A stretch of DNA of 63,656 nt, the filler included, from Octopus bimaculoides (Eukaryota), in NCBI RefSeq assembly GCF_001194135.2. It is 10 parts of 9 records of this genome, joined end to end, with 100 filler letters (N's around TTAATTAATTAA, not from the genome) between each part and the next. Parts side by side here need not be neighbours in the genome. Positions count along the whole stretch, not along the records: positions 49,963 to 53,450 come from NC_069004.1; positions 53,551 to 60,874 come from NC_069007.1; positions 60,975 to 63,656 come from NW_026394282.1; 7 more parts are not named here. One strand, given 5' to 3'. Under the pieces are notes generated by a model, which saw only the letters and a program-made list of their open reading frames with translations, was not told the origin of the DNA and did not search any database. The position numbers were made by a program, and so were the translations under genes. This document shows, piece by piece, positions 49,863 through 63,656 of this stretch (positions are counted from its first letter, which is position 1; the number at the start of each line of letters is the position of its first letter).

Positions 49863-51128
49863 NNNNNNNNNNNNNNNNNNNNNNNNNNNNNNNNNNNNNN
49901 NNNNNNTTAATTAATTAANNNNNNNNNNNNNNNNNNNNNNNNNNNNNNNNNNNNNNNNNNNNTTTTTTTTTTTTTTTTTTTTTTTTTTGCTTTCTTTGTC
50001 TCTTTTCGTTCCAATATGTATTTGCACAGTTGAGTTCTTCGTGTTCTTTCTCTTGAATCGGTTCTTCATCCTTATATTATTTCTTCTGCGCTTTCGTTTC
50101 CATGTCTCTCTGATGCTTTATACGCATAGAATTTCTTTCGTTAGATTTTCTCCTTGTTTAGTCGTAATTTGGCATTTCTGAGATTCTACGATTTCTCTTT
50201 CTGTGTTGCTATCGTATCTGCTGGTTCTTGGGAGGCTATGATGGCATGGCTTTGCCTATCCATTTCTTTCCTTGTCGCTTGCTGCTGCTGTTCTTCTTGT
50301 CGTGGTAATCCTGTTCACCGTCTCCTTTCTGATTTCTTTATTTAGCTTTTTCTTCCAAAAGGAATCCCTTTTACGAGTGAATCAGAAATCTAATTCTCAC
50401 ACACACACACACATTTATGTATGTATATATTATGAATGTATGTGTGTATGTATAAATATGTATGTGTATATGTATCCACCAATACGGTGTTCTACAATCA
50501 TTCTCATTGTTCGACATTTACGTATGCGTATATATATATATTGAGGGTGATAAATTCTGGTGTTCTGGTGTTTGCGAAATTTTTTTCTGAAGAACATTAC
50601 TTTTCTTTGTGGTTGGGTCGTTGATGATCTCTTTCTAGCATATCGGATGTCCACTTAGTGGTCATCCCTTCTTATACGTATATATATATATATATATATA
50701 TATAAATTATGTGTATACATACGTGTGTGAATGAATGTATCTGTATACATACGTGTGTATGAATGTATATGTCTACATACGTTTGTATGAATGTATGTGT
50801 ACACATACGTGTGTATGACTGTATGTCTGTACATACGTGTGTGTGTGTGTGTGTGTGTGAATGTATGGCTGTACGTACGTGTGTGTATGAATGTCAGTCT
50901 GTACATACGTGTGTGTATATGAATGTATGTGTATATGTGTATAACCAACAGCGTCGTTGGTTTCACTTTCGTATTTCAGTTTTATCTCCTGACGAAATGG
51001 TTCATCCATTACGTTTAAATTAATTACGTAATCTTCCACGCGATTTTTGTATTTTAACCGTTGAAACAGCTGTAGAACTTCAGAGTGTAGTTAAGGAACA
51101 TCTGTGAAATCCTTTCTTTTTACTTTTT

Positions 51129-51172
<44 letters not shown>

Positions 51173-51227
51173 ATGTATGTATGCAGGCGTGTATGTATAT
51201 ACGTACGTACGTATTTGTATATGTGAA

Positions 51228-51556
51228 AGCGCGTGGCTTGATGGCTGGCGTATTCGGCTCATGATCGTAAGGTTGTGAGTTCGATACACGGCAGCGCGTT
51301 GCGTCCTTGAGCAAGACACTTTATTACACGTTGCTCCAAGTCCACTCAGCTGGCAAAAACGAGTTGTACCTGTATATCAAAGGGCCGGCCTTGTCACATT
51401 CTGTGTCACACTGAATCTCCCTGAGAGCCAACTACATTTAGGGTATGTGTGTCTGTGGAGTACTCAGCCCATTTGTCTATTAATTTCACGCACAGGCTGT
51501 TTTTCTGATCGGATCAACTGGAACCTTTGTCGTCGAAACTGATGAAGGGGCCAGTT
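51228..51556 (+). mobile_element. SINE family C
   Basis: CATGATCGTAAGGTTGTGAGTTCGATAC B-box, GTCCTTGAGCAAGACACTTTATTACACGTTGCTCC. Confidence 0.8.
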
Positions 51557-51574
51557 GTGTTTTTTTCTTTTTAT

Positions 51575-51870
51575 TCTTTTACTTGTTTCAGACATGTTGA
51601 TTGCGGCCATGCCGGAGCACCGCCCTTAGTCGAACAAATCGATCCCAGGACTTATTCTTTGTAAGCCTAGTACTTATTCTATCGGTCTCTCTTGCCAAAC
51701 CGCTAAGTTACGGGGACGTAAACACACCAGCATCGGTTGTCAGGCGATGGTGGGGGAGATAAATACAGACACACACACACACATATATACGACGGGCTTC
51801 TTTCAGTTTCCGTCTACCAAATCCACTCACAAGGCGTTGGTCGGCTTAAGGCTATAGTAGAAGACACCTA
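51575..51870 (-). mobile_element. SINE family B
   Basis: GACGGGCTTCTTTCAGTTTCCGTCTACCAAATCCACTCACAAGG and GCGGCCATGCCGGAGCACCGCC. Confidence 0.85.
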
Positions 51871-51924
51871 AGATGCTATGCATGAACTTTTAATATGAAT
51901 AAATTCGAAGCTAAAAATGAAAAT

Positions 51925-52135
51925 ATCATCGTTTAACGTCTGTTTTTCCATGCTGGCATGGGTTGGACAATTTGACTGAAAACTGGTAAGCTGGGGAGCT
52001 GCATCAGGTTCCAATCTGATTTGGCAGGGTTTCTACAGCTGGGTGGTTTTTCTAACGCCAACCACTCCAAGAGTGTAGTGGGTGCTTTTTATATGCCAGT
52101 TATGTAACACCGGCATCGGCCATGACTACTATCTC
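51925..52135 (-). mobile_element. Retroposon with RTE-type tail
   Basis: CATCATCGTTTAACGTC.GTTTTCCATGCTGGCATGGGTTGGAC. Confidence 0.8.
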
Positions 52136-52224
52136 ATGTATGTATGTATGAATGTCCATACATACGGACGTGTGTGCTCGTTCAAAATTGTACTAACGAC
52201 AAAAAAATAGAGACAGCAGAGGAT

Positions 52225-52299
52225 GCAAAAAACGAGGTGTATTAATTTGACGCTCAGGTGAAATGGAAGAATTTTGACGTTTCGAGCCTATGCTCTTCT

Positions 52300-52300
<1 letters not shown>
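52225..52300 (-). mobile_element. Short PLE-derived repeat, hammerhead-like core truncated by (CT)(GT)n
   Basis: Minus strand GAAGAGCATAGGCTCGAAACGTC. Confidence 0.5.
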
Positions 52301-52348
<48 letters not shown>

Positions 52349-52349
<1 letters not shown>

Positions 52350-52960
52350 GCACACTGTGGCTGGATAACTAAGAAATTTGCTTTGCCACCACAATGTCCC
52401 AGGTTTAATCCCAACGAGTGGCACCTTGGGCAAATGCTATTTTCTTTAGCCTCAAGTCCATACATTGTGAGTGTAATTGGGTCGTTGGAAACTGTACAGA
52501 AGCCTGTTGGATAGGTTCTACTTGTACAGTAAGGCCATATTACACACTGTGTTACACAGATTCTACCTGAGAATTATTTTAAGGGTCCACCACCTGTCTG
52601 TGGAATACTCAGCCACATTTGCGTTAATTCAAGGATAGGTAACTCAGATGGAGTCCTCTATCAGACGATGGAGATCTGCCACACTCTAAGATTATATGAA
52701 GGCACAGGCATGGCTCTGTGGTAAAAGGTTTGGGCTGACCAAAGTCTTGTGAGTGGGTTAGGTAGATGGAAACTGAAAGAAGCCCCTTTGTGTTTGGCCA
52801 CAACCATAACTTAACAACTCTGCAAAAGCGACTGATAAAATAAGTACCAGACTTTAAAAAAACAATATTAGAGTGAATGCGTTCAACTAAAATTTTTCAA
52901 GGGGGTGCCCCAGCATGGCCACAGTCTAAATGACTGCAACAAGAGAAAGGTAAAACGTAT
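52349..52960 (+). mobile_element. Two degenerate SINE family B copies
   Basis: GGCACCTTGGGCAAATG near 52420; GGTAGATGGAAACTGAAAGAAGCCC and GGTGCCCCAGCATGGCCACAGTC at 52760-52930. Confidence 0.7.
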
Positions 52961-53196
52961 GCTTAATTAATTAATTAAATGATAAAAGTAAACCTGTATT
53001 TTAACTTTAATTTAATTAATCCCTTTCAAAATAATTTGCTGACAGTAATTAACTAAACTAATTAAATCGCAAGGCTTTGGTTGGGGCAAAGCTATAGTGG
53101 GACTGAACACGGAACCTTGTGGTTGAGACGCAAGCTTCTTACCCACCTCCCCCATATATATATAGATATATATAGTATTCTTTAACATGAATAATA

Positions 53197-53287
53197 TTGA
53201 CAATGACTTTGAAGTTTTGGCCAGGTAAGCTATCGTTGGACTGTTCAATAACATCTTAGCTGGTTGAAACTTCAAAGTTACTGTCAA
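53197..53287. repeat. Imperfect ~90-bp hairpin, possible tiny MITE
   Basis: TTGACAATGACTTTGAAGTTTTGGCCAG versus CTGGTTGAAACTTCAAAGTTACTGTCAA. Confidence 0.6.
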
Positions 53288-53392
53288 CACAATTTTTGTT
53301 ATAAAAATGATAAAATTTTCTAACCAAAAAATATTGAGTAATTTTTCAGTTTAATATAAAATTGTTTTTATAACAACATTAAAACAAACATT

Positions 53393-53427
<35 letters not shown>

Positions 53428-53601
53428 TTTATAAGGAGTGGAAACTGTTTNNNNNNNNNNNNNNNNNNNNNNNNNNNNNNNNNNNNNNNNNNNNTTAATT
53501 AATTAANNNNNNNNNNNNNNNNNNNNNNNNNNNNNNNNNNNNNNNNNNNNGTAGTAGTAGTAGTAGAGATGGTGGTGGAAGTGGTGGGTATAGTGGTGGT
53601 G

Positions 53602-53644
<43 letters not shown>

Positions 53645-54116
53645 AAGTGGTGGTAATAGTAATAGTGGTGGTGGTGGTGGTGGTGGTAGTAGTAGTGGTG
53701 GTGGTGATGTTAGTGGTAGTAGTGGTGTTAGTGGTAGTAGTGGTGGTGGTGGTGTTAGTGGTAGTAGTAGTGGTGGTGGTGGTAGTAGTAGTGATGGTGG
53801 CAGTGGTGTTTGCTTGTTTACGCTAGTATGTGGGTGCAGCAACTTCAACTGTTGCAGTTGTTGTTACTGTTGTTGTTGTTGATAGTGGTGGTGGTGGTAG
53901 TGGTGTTGGTGGTGGTCGTGCAGTGAATACCAACAGCTGCTTTGGTGCATACAACAAATAATAAAGAAAAACAGAAAAGACATAAAGAAAAGGCTTTTTC
54001 CTTTCTCTTTCTTACATAGGTGTGTGCTTGTCTGCGTGTTTGTGTGCATTTGTGTACCCGTGTATACATGTATATGTGTGTATGTATAGATACGCACACA
54101 CATTTATATATATATG

Positions 54117-54150
<34 letters not shown>

Positions 54151-54663
54151 GATAAATTCTTTATAAGAATTTATCAAGTAGTCAGCGTGAAAAAACCTCA
54201 TAATGAAAAAATAACGAAAAATTTCGTAATGAAAAAATTCATCGTTTCTTCATAAATATATTTAATTATATATAAAGGGCATTAACTGTATATTAATGCC
54301 TCACGCTATCGAGGGACTAAATAAGTAAAAAAAACTACCAAAAATAAGCAACATATTTACCGAAAGCGAGGGAATGCAGCTTTTCTAAATTTATCTCTTA
54401 AAAACATATATATATAAGCACNNNNNNNNNNNNNNNNNNNNNNNNNNNNNNNNNNNNNNNNNNNNNNNNNNNNNNNNNNNNNNNNNNNNNNNNNNNNNNN
54501 NNNNNNNNNNNNNNNNNNNNNNNNNNNNNNNNNNNNNNNNNNNNNNNNNNNNNNNNNNNNNNNNNNNNNNNNNNNNNNNNNNNNNNNNNNNNNNNNNNNN
54601 NNNNNNNNNNNNNNNNNNNNNNNNNNNNNNNNNNNNNNNNNNNNNNNNNNNNNNNNNNNNNNN

Positions 54664-54695
<32 letters not shown>

Positions 54696-54699
54696 CATA

Positions 54700-54798
54700 A
54701 GTGCTAGGCTTACAAAGAATAGGTCCTGGGCTTGATTTGCTTGACTAAAGGCGGTGCTCCAGCATGGCCACAGTCAAATGACTGAAACGAGTAAAATA
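54700..54798 (+). mobile_element. SINE family B, 3' end
   Basis: GACTAAAGGCGGTGCTCCAGCATGGCCACAGTCAAATGACTGAAAC. Confidence 0.75.
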
Positions 54799-54860
54799 AT
54801 AGAATATATATATGTCTGTGTGTGTGTGTATGAATATATATGTATATCTGTATATATGTT

Positions 54861-54902
<42 letters not shown>

Positions 54903-55443
54903 TATGTATCTATGTTTGTGTGTGTGTGTGTGTGTACATGCATATACATATATATATATGTACACATGTATATATAGGTTCTTGTAAAGGCCTTGTTAAG
55001 CGAACTGAAATTTGCATGACTTTAGGTCTATACACAGCAAAAGTATTCATGAAAATATTCATAAAATATCCAAATTAAATTTATTCTTGCAGTTGTTTAC
55101 TTTTTCCCAACACAACCACCGTCGTTATATGCACACGCAAAACCATAATATCATCCTAAATTTCACAGGCCGTATTTTGAAACTTATTATATACGCCAGC
55201 ATGTCACTGACCAGGTTGCCGTCAAACAACCTACCCCATCATTGACACGTAATCTATGGAAGTTTTGACACCGTATGAAAGAAGCTTAAATTTTCAATGA
55301 CTTAAAAAACGATTTAATGTGTTGTTAAATTTCTCTTGTGTAATGAAGTCACCGGTCAGTTCACTTGCTAGACGGGTATAGTGCAGAAATGTTGCAGTTG
55401 AGTGTTTTCATATTATTATTATTATTATTATTATTATTATCAT

Positions 55444-55992
55444 TGAGTGAGAGAGCAGTGCATGCCATCAAAGTGACACTGGGGTAAAATATACGAAGCC
55501 TAATATACCCATCATGACTACCCGTCTGATAAGGGTACACCAGGCACATGCATCACAACCATATGTGCGCAACATGGTGATATCATATCAAGATAAACAG
55601 CGCATGACCTCTCAGGTGGGGCCCAGTTAGAATTTTCTTTAGGTCGAGTCGCCCGTCCTGTTCAAAAGGTCCCTGAATAAGGGTTGTTTAAGGATGTTGA
55701 GCATAACACCCATGTTCCTAAAGGTGAATTATCCAAACCCCAAAGAATTCCTCTCAACACATGGCTATGATGCCCTACCACCACTACTTCTGCTCATGAT
55801 CAGAGATGCACATATCGTTAGCCACCAAGGGACATAATCAACTTAAGGTCAAACAACTGACAAGCAAATCAGTGGTATTAAGCAGAATATTTGCTGTAGC
55901 CCATCTTTTATACCAAGACAAAACAATGTACATGATAACACTTCCAATCAATTAAGATCAGAAGCCATGAGAGCCACTGCCTGGTACTGCAT
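55444..55992 (-). mobile_element. Family E repeat, longer copy
   Basis: Homologous to 605-1094 and extends ~55 bp further; (TAT)n on the left and ATT-rich on the right. Confidence 0.75.
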
Positions 55993-56777
55993 TTATAATT
56001 ATAATTATTATTATAATTATTATTTTTATTTGCAATTATATCACACACGTGTGGTTGTGCATTTTAAAAAGTCGAACAAATCAATTCCAGGACTTATTCT
56101 TTGTAAGCCTAGTACTTATTCTATCAGTCACTTTTGCCGAACCACTAAGTTTCTCTAGGGTTGGCTGGACTGGTAGTTATAGGGAGACGTGTCCCTTAAT
56201 TCAAAAATCNNNNNNNNNNNNNNNNNNNNNNNNNNNNNNNNNNNNNNNNNNNNNNNNNNNNNNNNNNNNNNNNNNNNNNNNNNNNNNNNNNNNNNNNNNN
56301 NNNNNNNNNNNNNNNNNNNNNNNNNNNNNNNNNNNNNNNNNNNNNNNNNNNNNNNNNNNNNNNNNNNNNNNNNNNNNNNNNNNNNNNNNNNNNNNNNNNN
56401 NNNNNNNNNNNNNNNNNNNNNNNNNNNNNNNNNNNNNNNNNNNNNNNNNNNNNNNNNNNNNNNNNNNNNNNNNNNNNNNNNNNNNNNNNNNNNNNNNNNN
56501 NNNNNNNNNNNNNNNNNNNNNNNNNNNNNNNNNNNNNNNNNNNNNNNNNNNNNNNNNNNNNNNNNNNNNNNNNNNNNNNNNNNNNNNNNNNNNNNNNNNN
56601 NNNNNNNNNNNNNNNNNNNNNNNNNNNNNNNNNNNNNNNNNNNNAAATATCACAATTGTATGATTAATGGCAGTCATAATAACAATTTATTTTAATTGCC
56701 ACTGGGACAAAGGATACAGCAGGAAATACAAAGGGAGACAACCATGAAATGTGGGGGCTGTGATGCAATGAAATCCT

Positions 56778-57046
56778 CATCATCGTCATCATCGTTTAAC
56801 GTCCACTTTCCATGCTAGCATGGGTTGGACGGTTTGGCTGGGGACTGGCAAGCCAGAAGGCTGCACCAGGCTCCAATCTGATCTGGCAGAGTTTCTACAG
56901 CTGGATGCCCTTCCTAATGCCAACCACTCCGAGAGTGTAGTGGGTGCTTTTACGTGCCACCAGCATGAGGGCCAGTCAGGCGGTACTGGCAACTGCCATG
57001 CTCAAAAAGGTGTGTTTTTACGTGCTACCTGCACAGGAGCCAGTCC
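56778..57046 (-). mobile_element. Retroposon with RTE-type tail
   Basis: CATCATCGTTTAACGTCCACTTTCCATGCTAGCATGGGTTGGAC...GGATGCCCTTCCTAATGCCAACCAC. Confidence 0.8.
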
Positions 57047-57229
57047 CCCCCACACACACACACACACACACTAAAATCTGCAGTTTGACCTTGTGCTAAA
57101 TTTCAAAACCACTACTACCACCACTACCACTGCCACCACCACCACCACTACTACTACTACTATTACTACTACCACCACTACTACTACCATCACCACCACC
57201 ACCACTACTACCACCACTACTACCACTAG

Positions 57230-57268
<39 letters not shown>

Positions 57269-57726
57269 CACTGTGCAGCTGCTGTCAAGAAATTTGCATG
57301 CATCATTTGAAGTATGGTGCAATATTAAGACATCGCTACAGATTAATGTCACATGGGCTTGACTGCTTGTGTGCATGGGTACGTGTGTGTGTGTGTGTAT
57401 GTGTGTGTATGGTGCGGGGTGGGAGGGGTAGTATTTTGTGCAGCAGACCATTACCGAGCTCAACACAGGCAACTGCAGCTGTGCATATGCAACCACATAT
57501 GCACACCTATACGGGTACATTCGACCACAACAACAACAACCACACACACACACATGCAATACAAACAGGACCGTGTCTTATTGTACGTCTCGTCTCTGTT
57601 TCTGAGAATGCAGTTTTCCAACCTGGGTCAATAACCTCAGGTTGCACAAATGCACATATGCACACAATATGTGTACATACATATATATAGCATGACCGCA
57701 GCTACTTGGCTGAAACCCATAAATAA

Positions 57727-57757
<31 letters not shown>

Positions 57758-59063
57758 NNNNNNNNNNNNNNNNNNNNNNNNNNNNNNNNNNNNNNNNNNN
57801 NNNNNNNNNNNNNNNNNNNNNNNNNNNNNNNNNNNNNNNNNNNNNNNNNNNNNNNNNNNNNNNNNNNNNNNNNNNNNNNNNNNNNNNNNNNNNNNNNNNN
57901 NNNNNNNNNNNNNNNNNNNNNNNNNNNNNNNNNNNNNNNNNNNNNNNNNNNNNNNNNNNNNNNNNNNNNNNNNNNNNNNNNNNNNNNNNNNNNNNNNNNN
58001 NNNNNNNNNNNNNNNNNNNNNNNNNNNNNNNNNNNNNNNNNNNNNNNNNNNNNNNNNNNNNNNNNNNNNNNNNNNNNNNNNNNNNNNNNNNNNNNNNNNN
58101 NNNNNNNNNNNNNNNNNNNNNNNNNNNNNNNNNNNNNNNNNNNNNNNNNNNNNNNNNNNNNNNNNNNNNNNNNNNNNNNNNNNNNNNNNNNNNNNNNNNN
58201 NNNNNNNNNNNNNNNNNNNNNNNNNNNNNNNNNNNNNNNNNNNNNNNNNNNNNNNNNNNNNNNNNNNNNNNNNNNNNNNNNNNNNNNNNNNNNNNNNNNN
58301 NNNNNNNNNNNNNNNNNNNNNNNNNNNNNNNNNNNNNNNNNNNNNNNNNNNNNNNNNNNNNNNNNNNNNACCGCCCACTTTGGGAACCACTGCTCTACAC
58401 CATACCATACAAAATATACACACCTCCACAACAGAGTATACCACTCTATGCATATAATTCTATACACCCTGTAATGGGACAGTATACAACTCGCATATTT
58501 TTCTTTAATGTTGAGGTCTTTCTCTGTCTTTCTGTCTTTCTTTCTCCTGTTGCATGACACTCCATATATGGCTAACACTCAAGAATCTAGAGCACTGTTT
58601 ATTATTATTGCTATTTATGTTGTTACTGCAGCTGTTGTTGTTGTTGTTTAGCCCAGATCAGTCATAATCCAGCAGACATATGATCAGAGACAATCCAGTC
58701 TGGACCATCTCACCTTTCGTATAGTCATATAAACATCTCAATCAATCAATACCCATAATCTAGCTGACATATGATTGAAGATCTTCCGGACATGGCCTTC
58801 CCATCTATTTAGTCACATAATACCTTGGTCACAAAAAAAACCCTGTAGCTCAGGGTGAGGTGGGGTGGGGAATTATACATAATACATACACACACAACCT
58901 GCCCTTCCTTCTCCTCAACATCCTTTCCCTCCACCCCTATTTCTCCTCACCACCCCGCCCTTGTGTATTCAATCCCACCCCCGTTAGGGAGACCGATACC
59001 TCGTGAGTGAATGTGGTGGATGGAAACTGTATGGAAGCCTATCATGAGTATGTAAGTGTGTAC

Positions 59064-59095
<32 letters not shown>

Positions 59096-59822
59096 CTTTG
59101 TTCGTTCCCACCTCTACCACCACCACCACCACTTGATAACCAGTGTTGGTTTGTTTATGTAAAGTATGCTTAGCACTTCACCAAAAGAGTCCCATGGAAT
59201 AAACACATAACCTCATGTCACATGACGAAAACACTTCATTTTTTTCCCCACAAGCTTTTATTCTGCCATAGTCAATCTAGGACTACACTCTATCATGTAT
59301 CTATCTACCTTGTTCTTTTAACTTTTGATCCAGTAGACCAATTGTGTGTCCTTCCTTTTTCTCAAGACAGTCATTGCTATTTGGAGAAAATTTGGCTCCT
59401 ATTTCTAGCACTTCAGATGACATTGTAGAGGTCCGCTTTTTTGGCTTCTGTGCATCCTACACCTATAACCCAAGATAGACTTAGACACATTTAAATACGT
59501 CTTTATAATGTCTGTTGCTTCTAGCTATCCTATACATGAATGGCTTCCTTCACTTTGCATTGATGTTGTTGTTGCTGTTGTTGTTGTTGTTATTGTTGTT
59601 GTTACATTTTGAGTTCAAATACTGCCACAGTCGGCTATGCCTTTCATCTTTCCGGGGTCCATGAAATAAATACCTGATCTCAATATAGTTGCCCTTATGC
59701 TTATATCTCTGTATTGTCCTAAATGCTCTTTGCACCCCCTGTGACCAGTAAAGAATTATTATTATTACTATTATTATTATTATCATTATTATTATCATTA
59801 TTATTATTATTATTATCATTAT

Positions 59823-60040
59823 TAAGGTGTTGAGCTGGCAGAACTGTTAGCACGCTGGACGAAATGCTTAGTGGTATTTCGCCCATCACCTCGTTCCGAG
59901 TTCAAATTCCACCGAGGTCGACGTTACCCTTCATACTTTCGGGGGTCGATAAATTAAGTACCAGTTGCGCACTGGGTTCAATGTAATCGACTATTCCCCT
60001 CCCACCAAATTTCAGGCCTTGTGCCTATAGTAGAAAGGAT
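59823..60040 (+). mobile_element. SINE family A between (TTA)n runs
   Basis: GAGCTGGCAGAACTGTTAGCACGCTGGACGAAATGCTTAG...GAGTTCAAATTCCACCGAGGTCGAC. Confidence 0.85.
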
Positions 60041-60588
60041 TTTTATTATTATTATTATCGCATAGCCTCAGCTGAAATTTGAACCAGCTAACCTATGCTT
60101 AATGGTATCCACGCTACAAATATCACACCTTTTGTTTCATGTCTTTTTGTTCATTCAGGCAAAGTATACCTATGACTATGTTATCCATTGTGTCTATTTA
60201 TTTATTTATTTTTTTCTGAAAAATATAGTATATGATTCAAGACATACATTTAGCTGTCATGTCTAGTAAGATTTTTCATTGGTATTCTGCTGTTTGTGAG
60301 TTCAATCTCTGGCTACAATAGACCTTTCAGTGTTGAATGTTTCTGCTCATAATGGCTTTTGATGTTGCACAAGTAGGATGAGATTTTTGTTTTGTGTTTT
60401 GTTGGGGGGGGGGGTCTGGTAATACTTCTTGTGTTTTTATATATTTTTCTGTTCATTTTTCCTTGTTTTCTTGTTGTTTTGTTGGTTAGTGTTCATGTTG
60501 TTTTAGTTAACACACACACACACACACACATACACTCACACACACACACATATCTTTATATATATGTATATACATTAAATGAACATCT

Positions 60589-60640
<52 letters not shown>

Positions 60641-60839
60641 AAAACACATATATATATACACAACTATATATATATATATTATATACACATACATTTATAC
60701 ACACACACACATATATATATACATATATATATGATATATATACATGTACATATATATATACATATATATATAATACAATCTATTCTCTACTTCTAGTTTT
60801 GAGTACATTTTCTCCTGTTCCATTACCAGTGACAAGTGA

Positions 60840-60874
<35 letters not shown>

Positions 60875-61542
60875 NNNNNNNNNNNNNNNNNNNNNNNNNN
60901 NNNNNNNNNNNNNNNNNNTTAATTAATTAANNNNNNNNNNNNNNNNNNNNNNNNNNNNNNNNNNNNNNNNNNNNATATATATACACTAACGAATAATATA
61001 TATATTATACCTCTAATATAAGGATACCTTGGAAATCTGAAAGTTATAAACATTTCTAAATAAGGACAAAAGAAAAACATTTTCTATGCCAATATGCTGA
61101 AAAATAGACTTTAGATCGTATAACCTCATACAATACTGTTCACTATAAATACACAGCGTGTTGAAATGAGGAATGCAAGGTAACAGAAATTTTTAAAATT
61201 CTGTTATCCCCGATGTATGTAAAAAATATATATATATATGTATATACATAGATACCTGCATATATGCATATACATATGTATGAATGTGGACGGACATACG
61301 CGCGCGTGCGAATATGTATACATTTATATAGGCTGAGAGACTGAGAGAGAGGGAGAGACAGAAAGAGGAGAGAAATAAAGAAAGAGAGGGAGAAAACTGA
61401 AAGACATGTAGATAGATTGAAAAATAGACTGATCGATGAATATGTGCCTTTGGGTGTTGGTGTGTGTACATGCAATTTGAATTGAGACAGGGAGATACAT
61501 AAATATATACATGTGCATATATATGTGTGTGTGTGTGTATAC

Positions 61543-61591
<49 letters not shown>

Positions 61592-62522
61592 NNNNNNNNN
61601 NNNNNNNNNNNNNNNNNNNNNNNNNNNNNNNNNNNNNNNNNNNNNNNNNNNNNNNNNNNNNNNNNNNNNNNNNNNNNNNNNNNNNNNNNNNNNNNNNNNN
61701 NNNNNNNNNNNNNNNNNNNNNNNNNNNNNNNNNNNNNNNNNNNNNNNNNNNNNNNNNNNNNNNNNNNNNNNNNNNNNNNNNNNNNNNNNNNNNNNNNNNN
61801 NNNNNNNNNNNNNNNNNNNNNNNNNNNNNNNNNNNNNNNNNNNNNNNNNNNNNNNNNNNNNNNNNNNNNNNNNNNNNNNNNNNNNNNNNNNNNNNNNNNN
61901 NNNNNNNNNNNNNNNNNNNNNNNNNNNNNNNNNNNNNNNNNNNNNNNNNNNNNNNNNNNNNNNNNNNNNNNNNNNNNNNNNNNNNNNNNNNNNNNNNNNN
62001 NNNNNNNNNNNNNNNNNNNNNNNNNNNNNNNNNNNNNNNNNNNNNNNNNNNNNNNNNNNNNNNNNNNNNNNNNNNNNNNNNNNNNNNNNNNNNNNNNNNN
62101 NNNNNNNNNNNNNNNNNNNNNNNNNNNNNNNNNNNNNNNNNNNNNNNNNNNNNNNNNNNNNNNNNNNNNNNNNNNNNNNNNNNNNNNNNNNNNNNNNNNN
62201 NNNNNNNNNNNNNNNNNNNNNNNNNNNNNNNNNNNNNNNNNNNNNNNNNNNNNNNNNNNNNNNTATATATATATATATATATATATATTATTTAAAATAG
62301 TTCCAACTCTGTTTTTTTATGTTTTATTTATATTCTTATAAAATTAATGTGGGATATAGAATATGGAATATATAATATAAATAGTAAAATGAAATGAAGT
62401 ATTAAATGTCTTATTCAATATATGAACTAGTGAGTATTAAATATAGAGTATTAAATATATAAGGACTAGTAAACTTTCCTGCCTCATGGCATTCATCTAG
62501 GTCCCGTCTGAGATATATATAT

Positions 62523-63260
62523 ATAATTAATAATATCAGGGGTAATGAGAAATATTATAAATTTCTACCACAAGTAGCCTAACGTGTATAATTTAGTCAA
62601 TAGACTATATATTATTCATATAAATAAAGTGTACATTTAAACACATAAGAGGCATCCATCATAGGATTTCTTGCACTATTTAGGGATAAAACTTCAAAGG
62701 TAATGAAAAATAAAAACATTTACCATCTATCTCCTGGACAATGGTTTCTGACTTATTTTAGCAAATAAAATAATTTGCTAGGCGAAGTCTTCTTCAGCAG
62801 GTATACCTTTGATTAAACATATATACACGAGGCAATCCAATATATGCCCATGCTTATACATTCTAACTTTTCAAATCTACCGTGCTAGCACAGCTACTTG
62901 TCGGCAGTAAATAAAAATGCCGACTTTTCAAATCGAAAATTATCCAGAAAAAAATTATCAATAATTAATAATACCAAGCGTAATGAGAAATATTAGAATT
63001 TTCTACTCCTAGTGGCCTAGCGTGTCTACTTTCTGAAGAAGACTTCGCCTAACAAATTATTTTATTTACTAAAATAAGTCTGAAATCATTGGTCCAGGAG
63101 TTAGATGGTAAATGTTTTTATTTTTCATTCCCTTCGAAGATTTATCCCTAAATAGTGGTTTGGAATTTAACTGTTCTTTCTAGCGTGCAAGAAATCCTAT
63201 GATGGATGCCTCTTATGTGTTTAAATGTACACTTTATTTATATGAATAATATATAGTCTA
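62523..63260. repeat. ~200-bp inverted duplication plus ~65-bp direct duplication
   Basis: 62601-62797 is the reverse complement of 63033-63260 (the latter has a ~28-bp insertion); 62523-62587 is repeated at 62961-63026. Confidence 0.9.
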
Positions 63261-63656
63261 TATATATATTACTGGAAGGAATACAATTCAATCCTGTTCG
63301 ATTTTTATGAATTCAGAAATATCCAAGAGGACTTAATTGTATTTCACCCGGATGTTTCTGAAAAATCTTGAACTATATAGTAATTATAAAAAATAATCAT
63401 GTACAATGGTAAATGAATAGAGACTCAGCAATTTAAAGCTGCTTTGCGATGCAAAAGCAAATGTTGTGACTAAAATAACATGATAACCTCCATAGTCGTG
63501 TTATATTTTTATATTGATCTTAAGCAAATAGGTTATATAACCAGCCCTGATATTTAACTTACTGGAGAAAAAAAAATGAGATAGACAAATAACGGCATAA
63601 GGTCTCTTAAATGCACGATAAATAGAGAGATAGATAGATACATAGATAGATACATA

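Noticed and set aside
49963-50380. Purine-rich minus-strand segment ending in poly(A), and ORF 50154-50345
   Set aside because: All minus frames are interrupted, no motif was recognised and the poly(T) abuts a gap.
62780-63055. CTGAAGAAGAC resembling a hammerhead core in both inverted arms
   Set aside because: No downstream GAAA or stem II partner.

Overview
This is eukaryotic, microsatellite-saturated and gap-rich DNA. Its SINE, LINE and Penelope repertoire and the (TA)/(CA)/(TATC)/(TAA) density look like an octopus genome; that assignment is inferred from pattern recognition only. About ten assembly pieces are joined by N pads carrying an artificial TTAATTAATTAA, so order across those pads is uncertain. 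Nearly all ORFs in the supplied track are microsatellite or N artefacts, and no complete host gene can be supported. Supportable content: many tRNA-derived SINEs of at least four types, fragments of R4/Dong-like, RTE and Penelope-like (PLE) retrotransposons, Tc1/mariner- and piggyBac-type MITEs, a Helitron-like 3' end, foldback hairpins and a few weak candidate exons. The strongest lead is a ~350-bp non-coding unit at 22.7-23.6 kb. It occurs in tandem and as an inverted, circularly permuted monomer, and it carries a type I hammerhead-ribozyme-like fold, which is the architecture of a non-LTR retrozyme. A second, dispersed repeat family carries minimal PLE-type hammerhead cores.
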